This document shows, piece by piece, positions 1 through 14,904 of a stretch of 64,000 nucleotides of DNA. The translations under genes were made by a program, and so were the position numbers. Each line of letters begins with the position of its first letter. Position 1 is the first letter of the stretch. The notes beneath the pieces are model-generated. The model did no database searches. It was given only the letters and a program-made list of their open reading frames with translations, and had not been told where the DNA came from. Source of the stretch: Lingula anatina (Eukaryota > Animalia > Brachiopoda); contig CM120646.1 of assembly GCA_051362555.1 (NCBI GenBank), forward strand, positions 16,430,001-16,494,000. Direction: 5' to 3'.

Positions 1-2429
1 TTTTCACAAGATATAGCTTTTGTTTTTCAGTCTCAGTTTATTATTAATAACAAAATACCTTGGCAATTTCAAGGGAAAAAAGATAAACATGTGCAATTCA
101 CAGGACAAATTTCGAGAAATGGCTTCATGTCCACTTCCAAAATTTCAAGACAATTTATTGTCTTGAAATTATGATTTTTTTTTTATCTTAACCACATAAT
201 GAACTTCCAACACATATCTGGATTAAAATCATACTTCAGGATTATTCCTTTCAACATGGTTTTGCAACCAGACACAAGTGTTTTAAAAGACTTGTTTCGT
301 CTCTATCTTGAATGCTTAAAAATCCCTAAAATGTACCTATTAAAATGATTTCTATAGGTAAAATAAAGCTGTAGATCCATTTTAACTCTACCACTTTCAA
401 TTAATTTTTTCTTAGAATTTCCCATGCATTGTTGTCATTTTTTTTTAAATAACATTATAATCAAAATTATTCCCAAATGTGGAAAAAATGTATTTGCAAA
501 TTATAATAAAAACATTCCAAATCAAAGGTATATAATATGTACATCAAATGAGTAGCACATTACAAAATTCACTTAATTCACATCAATCAAAGCAGATTAT
601 TATCACTTTTTCTATATAATAAAATATATTCCAAGTATTTTATTTCCTCATATGATATTCATCATGTAGCTTAGTTTGAGAATTTTATTCAAATTTTATA
701 TAAATAAGACATAAGACTAAACAGATAATTGCAAATGGAGAGCATTTCTGGAAGTGAAAGAGATCTATCTTACTCACTGATACAGCATCAAGTAACACAA
801 GATAAGCCTAGCCTAAATTTTAGTATAAAAGCTGTCTGGGTATTCAGAGAATGTTATGGCAAGATCCCACACCTGCTAAAGAAGGGAAATAACTTGGCAT
901 CAATCTCAGCACACACAGAGACATTGATTAGGTCTGAACAGAGTGCCAGACTGCAGACACACAGAACTTAAAGCTATGTTTAAGTAGAGACAGACCCAAG
1001 AGGTCTTCTCCGTGTCCCAATGGATGCTGGAAGTTTTCAAAGTCACCTCTTAGTCAGAAAGTACGACGATACTGTTAAGTTTCCACAGCAACAGTGCCTG
1101 CTACTTCATAAACCAGGAAACAAGTGGATTATCAAACAAAATGCAACTGAAGACTAGAGATACGGTCAAATCATTTTTCGTGATGGAAAAGAAGAAAAAA
1201 CCACAAATAAGGATAAAATCTTGACTCTATCATTCAAATACAGTAAATATGTATTTAAGCTGCTGATTTTCAAAGTATAATTACTTGAATTTCATAAATT
1301 ATTTGGACATATCCAAAAACAGCTACAAAGATTATTTATTAAACTGCTGTGGTGCAAACAGAAAAATCTGAGCAAATCATTTTCTTTCATATCATTAAAT
1401 AATAATAATAAGCTATTAAAATATTTTTCCATCTGATCTAAGGGTATAGCAATTCTATAAAACATTTTTAAAGATCATTTCACTTGCATTTGCATTTAAA
1501 AGTCAGGACAATTTTGGTTTGAAATATATGTAAAAATAAATATAGTTTCAGCTAAGCAATAACCATTGATACTAAACAAATCACATAGCCTTCTTTATTA
1601 TGACTAAAAACATATTCTTTTTTATTAGTTTAACATGAAATGAGTACAAAAAAAAAAAAATCTGGCAATATGATAACCAAGTTGGGGGCGCAAGACCTGT
1701 TTTTAAGATAAAACTTTCCATGACCAAATTCTCACTCATGGTTTCCATCCTAGTCTCTATCTTCTTGATGTTGAGAAGCAGTTTCCTAGATAAGGAAAAT
1801 CATTGTCTGGGAATTTTGGATTCTATCCCAGGAAAAAAAAAAAGATGTAGGAGTCTATCCAATCCATCAGTCTGGCATGCCTTGATGTATTCTCAGGAAC
1901 ATGCTCTCAGCTATGTCATCACATGCAACAAGGAAAAAGGTGCTTTTCTCAAATTAGTTTGGTCATTTTCCTTTCTTCAAATTTAATGTTTCTGAATAGC
2001 ACCAGTCTTAATATTGGTATGAAATTATTTCAACAAAATATTTGCCAAAAAATTATTATAATAATTATTATAATTGTTTGCTGCTGCATCTTGTTTTTAA
2101 CTTATTTAAGCAACTTTAAAATGTTTAAAAGAAATATTTAAGTTGTATTTATTTTCACTTTGCATCTTATTTTTTATTTTTCATTTCAATACATATACTC
2201 AAACACTTATTCTAAATTAATTTTATATTCAATTAAATCATGAAGTTTGTCAGCTTTTAAAGTAAAGCTTTTCTTATTAACAATGTTATTCCAACCAATT
2301 GTCAAAAATGTATGTTTTAAAACAGATAAAATTAAGAACAAAATAAATTAAATAAAAAGAAAAGAAAAACTGCATCAGACAGACAGAACTCCCAGACAAA
2401 ACTGTGGTGCTATCCTTTAGCCAAACTAA

Positions 2430-2680
2430 TAGGTTTACACTTAGTTACAGCATAATCACACAGGTATCTCACTGTTACATCATAATTACAGGCTTAGTTA
2501 TGTAACATGTGGTCACAGCAATTTACCCAAGCAGTTTACATACACAGTCTGTTAAGTGCATTAGATCTCCATAGTTCACCCACTGTTACACCATAATTGC
2601 AGTGACTTTAAGTGGATTACTCTGGTTTGTGTGATAATTACAGGGTAAGCTGTGTAATCTGTGGTCAGAGTAATTACTTT
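2430..2680. repeat. Degenerate local repeat of ctgttaca..cataattacagg / tgtggtca..g..aattac units
   Basis: gttacagcataatcac, ctgttacatcataattacagg, ctgttacaccataattgcag and gataattacaggg recur within 250 bp. Confidence 0.45.
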
Positions 2681-4138
2681 AAAGAGGTCTTCTCCTCCCA
2701 CCTGGTCCTTGAGCTCACAGACCCATAAAGCACAGAGTGGCTAGGGAGGAGGAGGAGAACCAGACACGGGGCTGGTCAGGAACAGAAGTAAACATTTAAA
2801 GATACTGGTTTTCTTTTTCATTCAATTGATTAATTTACTAAGTTATTTACTTATTTATCAAACATAGACATGTCAGAGAGATTATGGAAAAAATAGATAA
2901 ATAAATAAGTAAACAAGAATGCTAATGCATGCTCTATTTGGATCTGAAGCTCAGAGGTAAAAAAAAAACTATTATATCTATGCTCCCCAGTTTTCTGCTC
3001 TTTAAATTTGAATTTCTTTATTCTATCACCAAATCACAAAATAGGTACAAGAGTCAAATAGTTGCATTATTAAGTCTACCAAGTGAGATCTTCACAGGTC
3101 AAAACACAGCTATGCCCAAAGATTTCCGCTTTGTAAATAGTCAAAGGTCACAGGTAGTAGTGGACAGACATCTTGGTACAGTTTTATCATTAAAATCAGC
3201 TAAGCTGAAATAAAGTAACTCTGCTATTTAAAAACTGATTATTAACTGATCATATTCTTACATGTGATTCCCTTCTTTATAAATTAATCATATCCTTAAA
3301 GTTTTTGAAACATATTTCAGTCTGCTGTATCTATTAAAACTCTTTTAATCCACATCCAAATTTTTTCCTTATTTAACATGTTATTGCACCCACCTAGCAA
3401 AATCAAAATTTAAGTATTAAAGGTCTGTCATCATTTTAATAAAAAAAAAAAAATTGGTGCATGTGAGTATCTTATTTTAAGTATTTTTCTTGTTAGATTT
3501 CTCTTTTGACACAGTAGTCAACAAGAAATAGATATATAGGTCATTTGGTTAAGGTGTTTGTTATCTTCCTCTGCACTTGTGTAAGTCTTACGAAACAATG
3601 TTTTTCTCTTTGCCAAGATTGTGTCTGGATGTTATAAAGGAATCATCATAAAATGGATATAATTAAGGTAAATATTTTGCTAGTTGGAACAATTTGAATT
3701 TTTTTTCACTTTGTTTAAGCTTCATGGCATTTAGGTTTGATTCATAGTCATTTATTCATTCATCCAACTAATCATTTCATTAAATAATTATTTAATTATT
3801 AATGCATTAAGTAATTTATCATTTAATAATCTATTTACTCACTTCAATTTTTTTCCATTTTGAACCACTATTTTTAGGTTAACAAACTTGATCACACACA
3901 CACAAAATTAAAGAATATTATTTTTTAAATGTGTAATAGTGAAGCTTTGTCAAATAAGCTATTTTCTATAAGATGTGGTCCTTGGAGTTGGGGGTGTGAA
4001 TAGGTATCTGAACTAAACACAAATGTATTTTTGACAAATGCAGAGAAGATATTTGTTGTTATTGTGGTTGAGTAGTCCCCTGATTTAGTTAAGAAAATAA
4101 TGGCTAGAATTATTAGAATTATTATTCTAAATGGAGTC

Positions 4139-4270
4139 CAGAAATGATATTATCTGGAATAATTTCAATAATTATTTCATACAGTTTATTATCACTTAAT
4201 TTATTATCAGAAATGATATTATCTGGAATCATTTCAATAATTATTTCATACAGTTTATCACTTAATTTAT
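4139..4270. repeat. Tandem duplication, about 69-bp unit x2
   Basis: cagaaatgatattatctggaat(a/c)atttcaataattatttcatacagttta...cacttaatttat occurs twice head-to-tail. Confidence 0.95.
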
Positions 4271-5938
4271 GCTCTCTCTTTTTTTTATTTCAAGTTCAGA
4301 GTAAAATAAGATAAATCAGTTAATGTAGTAGTCCAAATATAAACTGCTGTGCCTGTTTTATTACAAGAAAGAGATAGCTAATACTTCAGACGCATATTAA
4401 CTTTTATTTTGTGGACTGCCATAGATTTATCTTATAGTACAGTAGACTAAATTTCATTAAAAGAATTAAACCCCTGGAAATAATTTGAAACAGAAGACAA
4501 TATTAGGAGACAACAATATCCACTAACAGATGTGTACCCACTAACTTTTCACCAGCATCAAGTTAACTTATAAATATTTAGGAATTTACTGCACTTCTAT
4601 CACATCAAGGGTATATATATTCAAGCACACATTTCAAAGGAGGTTTTGTTAATATATACAACTCTAACCTCCTTTTCCACTTTAATCATTATTTGATGAA
4701 AATTAAGCTAACAATAAACACACATTTCCCCTCTCTGCTGAATATTCTAGTAACCAAAAAGTATTAAAAGCTTTCTTTAAGACACTGACTAACAACAAAT
4801 CTTATATATCTACAAAACCTCACCTGTGTATATACAACAGACAGAGCTAGCCCAAATATTGCTGTGACCAAATAAATTCAAAAGTAGTAACCGGCATCAA
4901 ATTCCTCCCAACTTAAGTGAACCTCAGTAAACATCCCATCCCACTGCAGGACTATCTTATGAATCACGCACTGCAAACTACACACCCATTGGTTAGAATA
5001 TCAACAGACTTTCAAATATCAGCCAATGATATGAAGGTTTCCTACAGAGCAGGTGATGTAATAGAGCAGCTTGTGCGCCATGCTTGCTGTTACAAATACA
5101 AAATTTGGTGGAGAATTCAAATGTGTCTACAAAATACAAGTACAGTCAAATATTTTGCTGGAGACCTGTTTCATCTGCATAAATGCAAAAGTAAGTCCAG
5201 ACAAAGTGCCAAAAAGAAACAATGAAAATCAGATTCACGATTAAAAAAAAAAAAAAAAATTAAAAATCAATCAAAATCAAATATTTCACAAGAAGCAAAC
5301 CAATCAAAAATTAATATTTTATCAATATTAGGCAAATGAATGACAGAATTTGATTTGCAATTCATAAGTAAAAACATCCTCATCCACCTCATGTAAAAAA
5401 AAAATACACGTGCAGTTCTCCCCCTTCCTCCCCACCCCTCTTTCTGTGACTCATAGAAAAATACGAGAGGCAAATCAGAGATGAGAAAATATCATTAAGT
5501 GAACATGTTCCAAGCCCTGTGTACCTCCCCGTGGCTTCTCTGCAGGTGCTCTCTATTTGAACCCGATGTGTTCCCTGTGTGAACTCTGTAGAAACACATG
5601 CAGTAAAAGGAGAGTGGACAGACCTTCTCTGCCAAACTCCTACATGCAACTACTAAAAACAGAACACATGGGGGTACACTTCTGTATAACATGGTGCAAA
5701 TTGGAATTCTATGTCATTTACACAGACATACTCTTTTATGTTGCATGTTCTGATATGTTTTTTTTTCTTTACAAATCCTTTTGTTTTTGCATTTTTTAAT
5801 TCAAACAGTGTATCAGTAGTTCATCAAGCAAATGATGTCAGAAACAAAATACATTTAAAACTATAAATCTTCAAGAACCAAAATGCAGAAAAAAAGTTCA
5901 TGTTATGCACTGAATCATTCAAACAATATTTTAATTTC

Positions 5939-5941
<3 letters not shown>

Positions 5942-5984
<43 letters not shown>
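5942..5984. repeat. (AG)n microsatellite
   Basis: Direct reading. Confidence 0.98.
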
Positions 5985-5986
<2 letters not shown>

Positions 5987-7021
5987 ATTACTAGACATAA
6001 ATCAGGAGGAAGTATTAATGGGTACTTCAACACCCACAGGCATGCATGGTGAACCACAGTCCCACTTACTCTGGACATTTCTCTAACCAAAGTGCTTTAG
6101 ATGTTTCTCTCAGAAAGCTTCTCCAATTTGTCCCATTCCATGTCTTAAACTGCACTGGGACCCTTATGATTTCATGCAGCTTTGATTAAAATTGGTTAGA
6201 TATTCCATGATTTTAAATCATTATAGATGTGGTAATTGATAATAAATAAACTAATTAATTAATTAAGTAAATTAAATAAATAAAATAATTAAATAAAATG
6301 CAGCTGATAGGAAAATTATGCTTTCCGCAAGTGAAAACTTTAGTGATATATTGTCATTTTTTTTTCAAAGGGTGTAACAAGCCATTGGGTTTTAAACAAA
6401 GACTTTCTACATTGAAAAAGGATGATTTAAGGAAAGACAGATTTTGTATACAACCATTTCTTTAAAGTGCAATGCACATATCCCCACAGCATATAGGCCA
6501 ACTGTTTCCTCGTCAGGTATCTGCAAAATACCCACACCAGAATGGGTAAAATCAATTTGCTTTTTTGGAAAGAGGAGAGTGAAAGCCACATTTTTTAATC
6601 TTCTTATGCTAGTAATCCAACCCTGGGCATATTTGCTTACTAAAGAAAACTGATCAAATATTGAGATTAAATAAAGCGAATAGTCTGGGGAGAAGCAGTT
6701 CATTTTACCTGAAGACTTCTCGACTTCAGACTGTGCACTTCCCTATGCCAGGCAAGCTGACCTACAAACCCAGACATGTACAGTTATACAACAATTAAAT
6801 TAACATGCATTAATCAAACTCTATAGAGCTTATGGCGATGTGTCTGGGGGAATTCCCTGAGCACATGTACAGTCCAATTATACCATTAGTCTTACTGCCT
6901 TTTACAAGGGCGTGGTTCAACAAAACAATAATCAATCTTTCTTCATACTGAAACCACAAGAAAATACAACATACAGTGAGTATTAAAACTGCCAATCCTA
7001 GCTTATCATTGTGATTTTTAA

Positions 7022-7459
7022 CCCTGCTACATACACATGCCCAGCATTACAGCTACAGAAGTTTATCATCTGCAAATGCTTATTTTTTTTTCAAATTTAA
7101 TTCCTGTTTCAGCTACCTTTCTCCTAAAACAGGCCCAAATATTACATTTTCAATTTGAGTAAAATTTCAAAATCAACTAACATAATAAACCGAATATCAT
7201 TACATACTTAGCCTACCACCATCACACGTATGTACTATAAAAAATCTGATCTCTCCCCATACACAGGTAAGGCGGGTGATACACACAATGGCGGATGGTA
7301 AATCCCTCTGTGAATGTGGTGGCCGCAGACTGACCCTGGTCAATGGCTGCATGGCCAGTGTCTATCCACGTAAACACAATACACGCCACCTTGCCACAAT
7401 ATGTGCTGGCATCCACAACTCACTCAGGAAAGGGGAACCTAGGTTCACACAGGGCAGGG
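7022..7459. mobile_element. piggyBac-like non-autonomous element
   Basis: TTAA|CCCTGC...GCAGGG|TTAA: TTAA at 7018-7021 and 7460-7463 with short CCCTGC terminal inverted repeats; interior more GC/CpG-rich than flanks. Confidence 0.5.
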
Positions 7460-7980
7460 TTAAAATGTATATCATTCTTTGAAAGTCTCAAAAAGATGTT
7501 GGTTTTAATGATAAGGATTAAAAGGGGAAAAGAAACTCTTTGAAAATACTTCAATAAGTGCTTGCATCCACAATTTAGTAGGGAATTAACACCCTGAATT
7601 TATATTTGGCAAGATGGAAAAAATGATAGTAAATAATAAAAAGGCATTTAATATTTAAAAAAAAGGCAAAAACACTTATTACACTTTGTTATGTTTGTTG
7701 TTTGTGCTGGGATTTATGATTTATTGCGAAATAAAGCACACTGGGTTTACACATGTCCATGATAAAAGCATACTTTTTCATGGTTGAAACAAGAAGAACA
7801 TATATTGGGGGGGGGGAGATAATACTTTTCTGTATATCATCATTCATGTATGTAAAAATACAAAACTGAGTAATTTGTTCCATTGGGTGCTTGTATGAGT
7901 AACAGAAATAAGCCAGTGAAGGGCTACCCATTATGACAGAACTAGGGAGCTGAATTTTAATTATTAATGTAGTTAATTTA

Positions 7981-8117
7981 CATGGGTGAATGTTGTACAA
8001 ACTGAAAATCCTGAAACATTGCTTGCAATTTCTCATCTCTATAGTGAAAAGAAAAAAACCTCAAAATGAAGACTGAAAATCCTGAAATCAGTACTAATCC
8101 TGAAAACTTTCACCCAC
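7981..8117. mobile_element. Small MITE-like element with internal (tgaa)aatcctgaaa repeats
   Basis: Ends tgggtgaa / ttcaccca are inverted; aatcctgaaa occurs three times inside. Confidence 0.45.
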
Positions 8118-9044
8118 AAATTGATCATGTATTTTCCAGTTCAGAAAGCATGAAAACATCTAACAATAAAAAATATGAAGAAAATATTTAAACCATTTGC
8201 CAAAATATGTGAAGCAAAAAAAATTAACCTTATAATAAATGGAAATATATAGTTAGTAAGAAGATCAATTAAAATAATGAAAGGGATATTTTTCAAATTT
8301 TGGAGTGAGTTTTCTATTTTATTCCTAATTAGCAACAACACAGTTGACAATGCTTTCAGAGGTAGGCTATGAACACTGCCCACCCCCTACTCTTTCTATT
8401 CTGTCTGAGGCTGGTTTTACTAAATAACTACAGGCCTTAAGCTCCTAGATTCTGTAAAATATTTCTTTTTTAAACAAGTCTCATTTTAATCATCTTTCTT
8501 CTTTTTGCTTGGGAACCACACTTCATAGCATGTTCAGTTTAACATCAGAAATGGAATTAAAAATCAAAGAAACTGTCCGGCTAGCTGAAAGCATGTTCTA
8601 AATTTTTTTAATGCAACTTTTTTTTTCAAATTACAACTTTTAATCATCAGAACATACCTTTTCTCTAAAATTACACTTTTTTTTGAGTAATTGTAACTAG
8701 TGCTTAAAATTTCAAAACAATGCGCTGGCTATTACTGCCATTGCAAACCAGACACTAGCAAACAAGGTGGCTTAAAGAGCTTTTTTTTTTCATGATTCAC
8801 CTGACTGATACAGAAAGATTATGAGGTTGGAAATTTTACAAAGTAGAAAAATAAAATGCAGAAATGTGATGCATAAACCATACTTTTTACTGACTTGTCA
8901 GAATACTGATCAGATGAATTTTTCACCTTATGAACAATTAGAAAATATTACAAACGTACATTTTTTATCGTGTTCTGACTGTATTCATTAATGTTGTCAT
9001 ATTTATATTCTATTAGTCTTTATACAGAAAGTTTACTATCATTT

Positions 9045-9206
9045 TATCCAGAGATATTTTCTGATAGTCTTTCATATTATCTTTGTTAATCCATCTGACC
9101 TTTTTGACTGTCTTCTGACAAAAAAAAAAGTATATACCAGTCAGTGTAAACTTGAAAATCTGATTGTCTTTCGACAGACCAAGAAGACGGCCTCAATCCA
9201 CACCTG
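9045..9206 (+). mobile_element. MITE family B, copy 1 (5'-eroded)
   Basis: atccagagatatttt...tgtaaacttgaaaatctga...agaagacggcctcaatc..cctg matches copies at 56113 and 57668. Confidence 0.8.
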
Positions 9207-9976
9207 TTATCATGTATGTGGAATTAAACATTTCACCTTTATTGACTAACTTATTAAAAGTCTTTCCAAAAAAAAAAAAAAAATACTGGCAGACAAAATG
9301 TCCTGAAAATACAGCTGTCCTCACGCAAGCTATGCGTGGGAAGCTTGGCATACATCAACTTCTTGGAAATCATAAATATCAAAACTCATAATTAATTAAC
9401 TAGATATGCCTGTTTTTTATGAATAATTTCTAAAAGCATATATCACCAGCATAAACTTCTTCTTATGTCTCGTCAATGACCTTCATTGAATTGCTCTTCC
9501 ACAAAAAATTTAAGTTAACCAATTTAAGGAAGAAGAAAATATCTTCATTAACCATCTTCCCTCAAACCAGCCTTTTATTATTATTATTTTTTTTCATTAT
9601 TTTTTTTAGGGGAGGGGGACATTTGTACAAATTTTTTAACACATGACATAACTTTAACTGCGTCAACTCAATACCTTACTACATATATTCCAAAAAGAAC
9701 ATTTAATGCTTAAGATTATGAAGGGCGCAAGAAAGCAACGAAGAAAGACAATGGGGAAACATTAGAAAGTGGATAAGCTGTTGTTTCATCAGTGTTTAAA
9801 ATCCCAGCTTTCACCACATACAACACTTCTAAAAGTCCTTGAGATAAAAAGGGAGTTTGAAATATTGCTAAGAGTCTACATTTCTCACCCTCCCCCTCCA
9901 ATTTTTTACTCATCATCTCTTTCATTAAGTCTCCTATCATGATATTTCATATCACTAGGAAATGGTTGAACTCCCA

Positions 9977-9978
<2 letters not shown>

Positions 9979-10056
<78 letters not shown>
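9979..10056. repeat. (AT)n microsatellite
   Basis: Direct reading. Confidence 0.98.
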
Positions 10057-10059
<3 letters not shown>

Positions 10060-10901
10060 AAGTATCTTGTCAGTCTTAAATCTGGGTTATCTTTACATCT
10101 ATAAATAACCTGCTCCAACATGATGCAGCATCCATTTCATTTTCCACCTTATATCACACTGCAATGGTAAGAACATTTTTATCATTTAAGCATGGACAAA
10201 GTTCAGGATATGTATCTTCCTGCCTTGTTTTATTATTAAATTATTTCTCTAGAGATGCAGATTAATAATCTCTAACCACCAGTTTGATGCCTTGCCTACA
10301 CCAGTCTGTCTAATCTGCTAGCTCACATCTCCCCCAATGCTAATCTTAGCTGTGACCTAAATCAATAATGACGAACTTGTCTCGCCTAGTGCAGGTAACA
10401 TTATTAGAACAGATTCATAATTCAACCATCATTACAAGTTCAAGCCTCCAACTTCAGTCCACTTTTCCTCTAACTTATCATTTCAATATTAAGATTCGTC
10501 TGCAACAGATTGCAATAATTTGGCAAGCTATGAAGGCCTTGTTTAACTACTACTAAACAAAGTATCATTTTAATCATCCACAAAGTTTGTTTTATGTTTA
10601 CAGGGCTGGAAATATAAATCAGTATTCTTCATGTGGGGTTTTCCTATATAAATCTATATCTTCACAGACTTAATCATGCTTTAAATTTATCAAGACAACT
10701 CTCTGTAAAAATTAAACAAATTCAATTTATGAATAGGAATTAATAACTGAAAATGCACTTGTCTAGAGGCTTCTGTGCTCTTTTCAGTAATGAAATGTCT
10801 TTTCAAAATATCTATCACAAACCATGCAATGTCTGATCATGGTGGGAAGATGGTTATCTTCAAATCTTTTTTCTGGTTCAGCTCAGAGACTGAAAGAATC
10901 A

Positions 10902-10927
10902 GTGTGTGTGTGTGTGTGTGTGTGTGT
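10902..10927. repeat. (TG)n microsatellite
   Basis: Direct reading. Confidence 0.95.
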
Positions 10928-11219
10928 TCGTGTATATGAGCGCATGCGTGTTTAGGTGAACATTTTAAATACAAATGATACAACTGATCAAATTATGTCA
11001 TTTCTACCTCCTTATCACTGTACACCTATGATTTGTTCCATATAACTATGACAGCCAGCAATTAATGCTTGGTCACCCAGGGCACACTAATAATCTAGTA
11101 AGACTCACCAAGAAATAACAGTCAATACCGTCAAAGACAATAGGTGTCTTTTTCACAACAAATTTTAAATAAGCCTTACAGAAACAAGCCTAGGTAACAT
11201 GTTGTTTGAACACACGTAC

Positions 11220-11223
<4 letters not shown>

Positions 11224-11258
<35 letters not shown>

Positions 11259-11364
11259 GAGAGGCAGTCTAAGACTGAATAACTTCTACAAATCAAATAT
11301 CAAAGAGAGAGAGAGAGAGGTAGAGAGGCAGTCTAAGACTGAATAACTTCTACAAATCAAATAT
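11224..11364. repeat. (GA)n-anchored tandem duplication x2
   Basis: (ga)n-ggtagagaggcagtctaagactgaataacttctacaaatcaaatat is present twice. Confidence 0.95.
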
Positions 11365-14300
11365 ACAGCCCTAACTAAATGACCATCAACCAATGCAAAT
11401 ACACCTTGTGTCCTCTGCGTGCCAGCCTTCTAATTAACCACTGCATCAGTTGACGTTTATAGCAAGATGTGTCAAAACCCAACATAATTGACAGTGAGAA
11501 AAGACTCATGTCTTGTCATGTGCAGCAGTCACTGGTTACTACTTAGCTCAGGGTTTCAGATGATGAACTGGCAGAGGGGAAAGTTCTACATCTCCGCTTT
11601 GTAGATGCTTATGATTAACCCTGCTTTTGTTTCTCAGAATAAAACTTCTTAAATATGAAAGTGAAAGGAAGAAAAAAAAAGGGAGGGATCATTGTATATA
11701 TGTATTGTATGTTTTTATGTGTTCTCTCATAAATATGACTCCAATCTGACCACCTAGTGTTTTGCATCAACAGGTGAAAATAAAGGTTCCCTCAACATAA
11801 AATACAACAACTGACAAATTGTAAGCTATCTTTATAATCAACTCGCATGAAGATCCGACATATGTCTACCCAAGAATCTAAATTATGATGGCAGATAACT
11901 GCAGACAAATCTTAATTCTGGTCTGTCCTTTTAAAGCTAACATTGCAATTTGGACATTGCTTATGGGCTTGCATTTTGAATGCATATATATAATATCCAC
12001 ATCTAATAATGCATGTATATGAGTGTATATGTGCGTCTGGCAGAATTTTCCAGTTGTCATACTGAACTATGTTTGGCCTAGCTATCAAATTATCATGCCC
12101 AGTGCCCTTGTTGCACATGTTTTCCACAACCCAAATTAAATCTTCCCTTTTCCTATCAAATCACTATGTCTAGACAGCAATTCTGTACTCTTCTAAAACT
12201 ATACTCATTGAATAACTAACCAACTCGGGAGCAGAAATAAGGAAATTAAAAACAAGTCTCATCCAACATTCACAAAATTACATTTGGAAAAGCTTGATTG
12301 TTTTAATCTGATATTTTCTGGTTGAATAATTATTGCTTATAGGTAAAACAAATGTGTGCTCTTGAAGGTCTACACAGAGCCTAAATGAGATCTGTACTCT
12401 GCCACTGGCCTAGAATGTCATACAAATCTACACAACGTCAGAACAGACAGCCCTTCATGCCCATGGGGGGAAGTTAGCTCTAACAAATCCATGTTCAACA
12501 CAAGTGAACCTTGTGTCACAACATCAACATAGACCATTAACACACTGCAAGATAAACTCTGCTCATGCTTTCAGACTTGAAAGAAGAAGAAAAAAAAATC
12601 AATGTTTGTGGAGGTTAAGACAGGGCCTGAAGTCAGTCAAACATAACCCAGACAGTATATTAGACGAACCACAGATTGAAAAAAAAAAACTTTACAAAGT
12701 TCTAATTTCAGCTGTATTCTATACAGTCAGAGCCTTTGTTAGAGATTTATACCCTTCCTACCTGTGAATGGTTCAAATATTCCTAATCCTATATAGTGGA
12801 CATGTCCGACCTCCTGCGCGCGGCGTGGCCATCGTTCACGGTCGGCGTGTACAGCTATTTGTCCATGTATTTCCATTTCAAGACCAGCGTGCTATGTGGA
12901 TCATGTGACCCATAGATTCCCGGCATATGGAAATGAAGTACGTACAACTGCAAAAGTTCAGGATCTTCTTTTACTTTTAACTACCTTTCATCTTTAACCA
13001 ACACAAATATCCACATCTCTGCATGGCAGGCTTTCCTTTTTATGGATCACGTTTTCTTTTTTTATGTGTGTCTCAGTCTGGTAAGCTACAACCGACCTTT
13101 CTCGTCTTTACAATCCAGACATGTTCTTACAATACCACCAATATAAAGACCCAGGCCTAGAGGTCAGTGAACAAATACACTACCTCTTCGCAGCAAAATC
13201 CCTAAAAGAAAAGGCCCTGACATGTTCCCTGACGCTAAAGTGACGATAAAAACAGGTCCACTTAAATCCTCAGATGCAGGCTACGATGTGACGAGCCACA
13301 GTGACTATTTGAGGCACTGCTAACTCCATCTACCTGGCATGATAAAGCCTACTGCTAAATTAAAGCTCTCAAAAAGTACCATATCTTTGACCCAGACACT
13401 GTGAGCTATGCAAGTTACCAGACAGATAGGGGCTAGTGCATGTGCCAGGCAATAAGGATATGCTGGGCCATCAAGGCCATTGTATGCCTATGGACTAGAC
13501 ACAGTGGGGCACAATCACATCCCAACTTTTTTTTTCTTTTTGGCAGAACAAGAAAATCCATCTCTTGTTGTAGAATCCTATGTTAGATATCCATATCTTT
13601 TAAGCCATTTAGTCTGGTCTAGGCCCTGACCATGTATAGGTAAGCAGTGCCACCAGACTACTTAACATCTATCCAGACAGTTGGTCAATACCATGGATGT
13701 GATCCAAGCTTGTCCTCTGGGGAGAAACAGGGGGGAAAGTCTGAAGGACATTAACTGACCACATCTGGCTGTCACAAGGTCAATAATGAAAGCAGTGAGC
13801 CGAAATTTCACCCTACCAACTGTACACAATACTTTCAATATGCCGAAACTGGTCCATGTTTCTGACTTAAATTTTCTCATCTGTCCTTCCACAAAATAAC
13901 CTGAAGCTTGTACCATAAATATTGAATATGGTAGGAGGTGATAGTCACATGTGAACAGTTCTGTATTTTAAAAGCACATAGGCACTATACAGTTCCAAGG
14001 CTTTTATATGTAGAACAATATTGATTATGTCCAATATAAACTGGGCATGTAAATAATGAAGAATGTTGGGTTTTTCATTCAGGGGCTCTTTTTTTCTCCT
14101 ACCAGTATTCATAGTGAGAACAGCAATGAAACAGAATCATTGTACCTTTACATCAACACTGCTAAACTGATTGATGTAAAAATAACATTTAGACTGTCTT
14201 AACAAATGTGTTGTTTTCACAAAGCAAGGCTATTCATCGAGTTTCTTTCTGTCTTCAATATTCACAGATATATAAATTTTCTACAGCACCAGCAAATCGA

Positions 14301-14577
14301 TTCTGCATTCGAATGCATTTAAAAGTGACAAAGACTCATGGAATCTTCTCAAGACAGCAATTTGTAATCATTCACAAAATTGGGAAAATTAGCACCACAG
14401 ACTAACCATGGGAAGCAAAAACAGGTGTGTCAATATGATGCTGAAGTATACCAGTCATTTTACACAGGAAACCTGCCTTGATGGAGTGGTTTCTCTCACA
14501 GGTGTGTCGTTGTCTATGTACATGTATGCCAACAGCCAGTGTAGTCAAACACCTCACCACTAGGGTGGACACACTAA

Positions 14578-14792
14578 GACCCCATTCCCAGAGATTAGAT
14601 CTATCTACTTTAGATCGACCTAACTCCCTGAGGGTTCACGCTAAATAGCTGTCAGCCGAGCGGGCACGAAAGTTAATTACCCCCTTACAGCTTGTAGTAG
14701 GCTGGATGGACATTTAAGCCGGATTATCTGTCAGTAATCTAGTGAGACTCCTCGCAGGGATAGATCGATCTAAAAGCTCTGGGAATACGCCC
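14578..14792. mobile_element. PIF/Harbinger-like MITE family A, copy 1
   Basis: TAA flanks at 14575-77 and 14793-95; inverted ends attcccagag / ctctgggaat; internal tagatcgacctaactccctg and gagactc..cagggatagatcgatc shared with copies at 56281 and 59479. Confidence 0.8.
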
Positions 14793-14874
14793 TAATAAGT
14801 GGGACTACAGCTTATTTCAAAATGAAAGCTGGATGTGTACCTATTATGATTCTGCATTGATTACTTGACTTTAA

Positions 14875-14904
14875 TGTGTGTGTGTGTGTGTGTGCGCGCG
14901 CGCG
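14875..14904. repeat. (TG)n(CG)n compound microsatellite
   Basis: Direct reading. Confidence 0.9.

Noticed and set aside
5824-6090. ORFs containing ERERER, SLSLSL, THTHTH, CVCVCV or YIYIYI runs throughout the ORF track
   Set aside because: They are translations of microsatellites
6709-6761. Possible extra 53-bp minus-strand exon (tttgtag|...cag|gtaaaa)
   Set aside because: Weak donor and short pyrimidine tract; not distinguishable from chance
7276-7482. Cys-containing 68-aa ORF MADGKSLCECGG...
   Set aside because: Lies inside a TTAA-flanked repeat element; no recognisable domain
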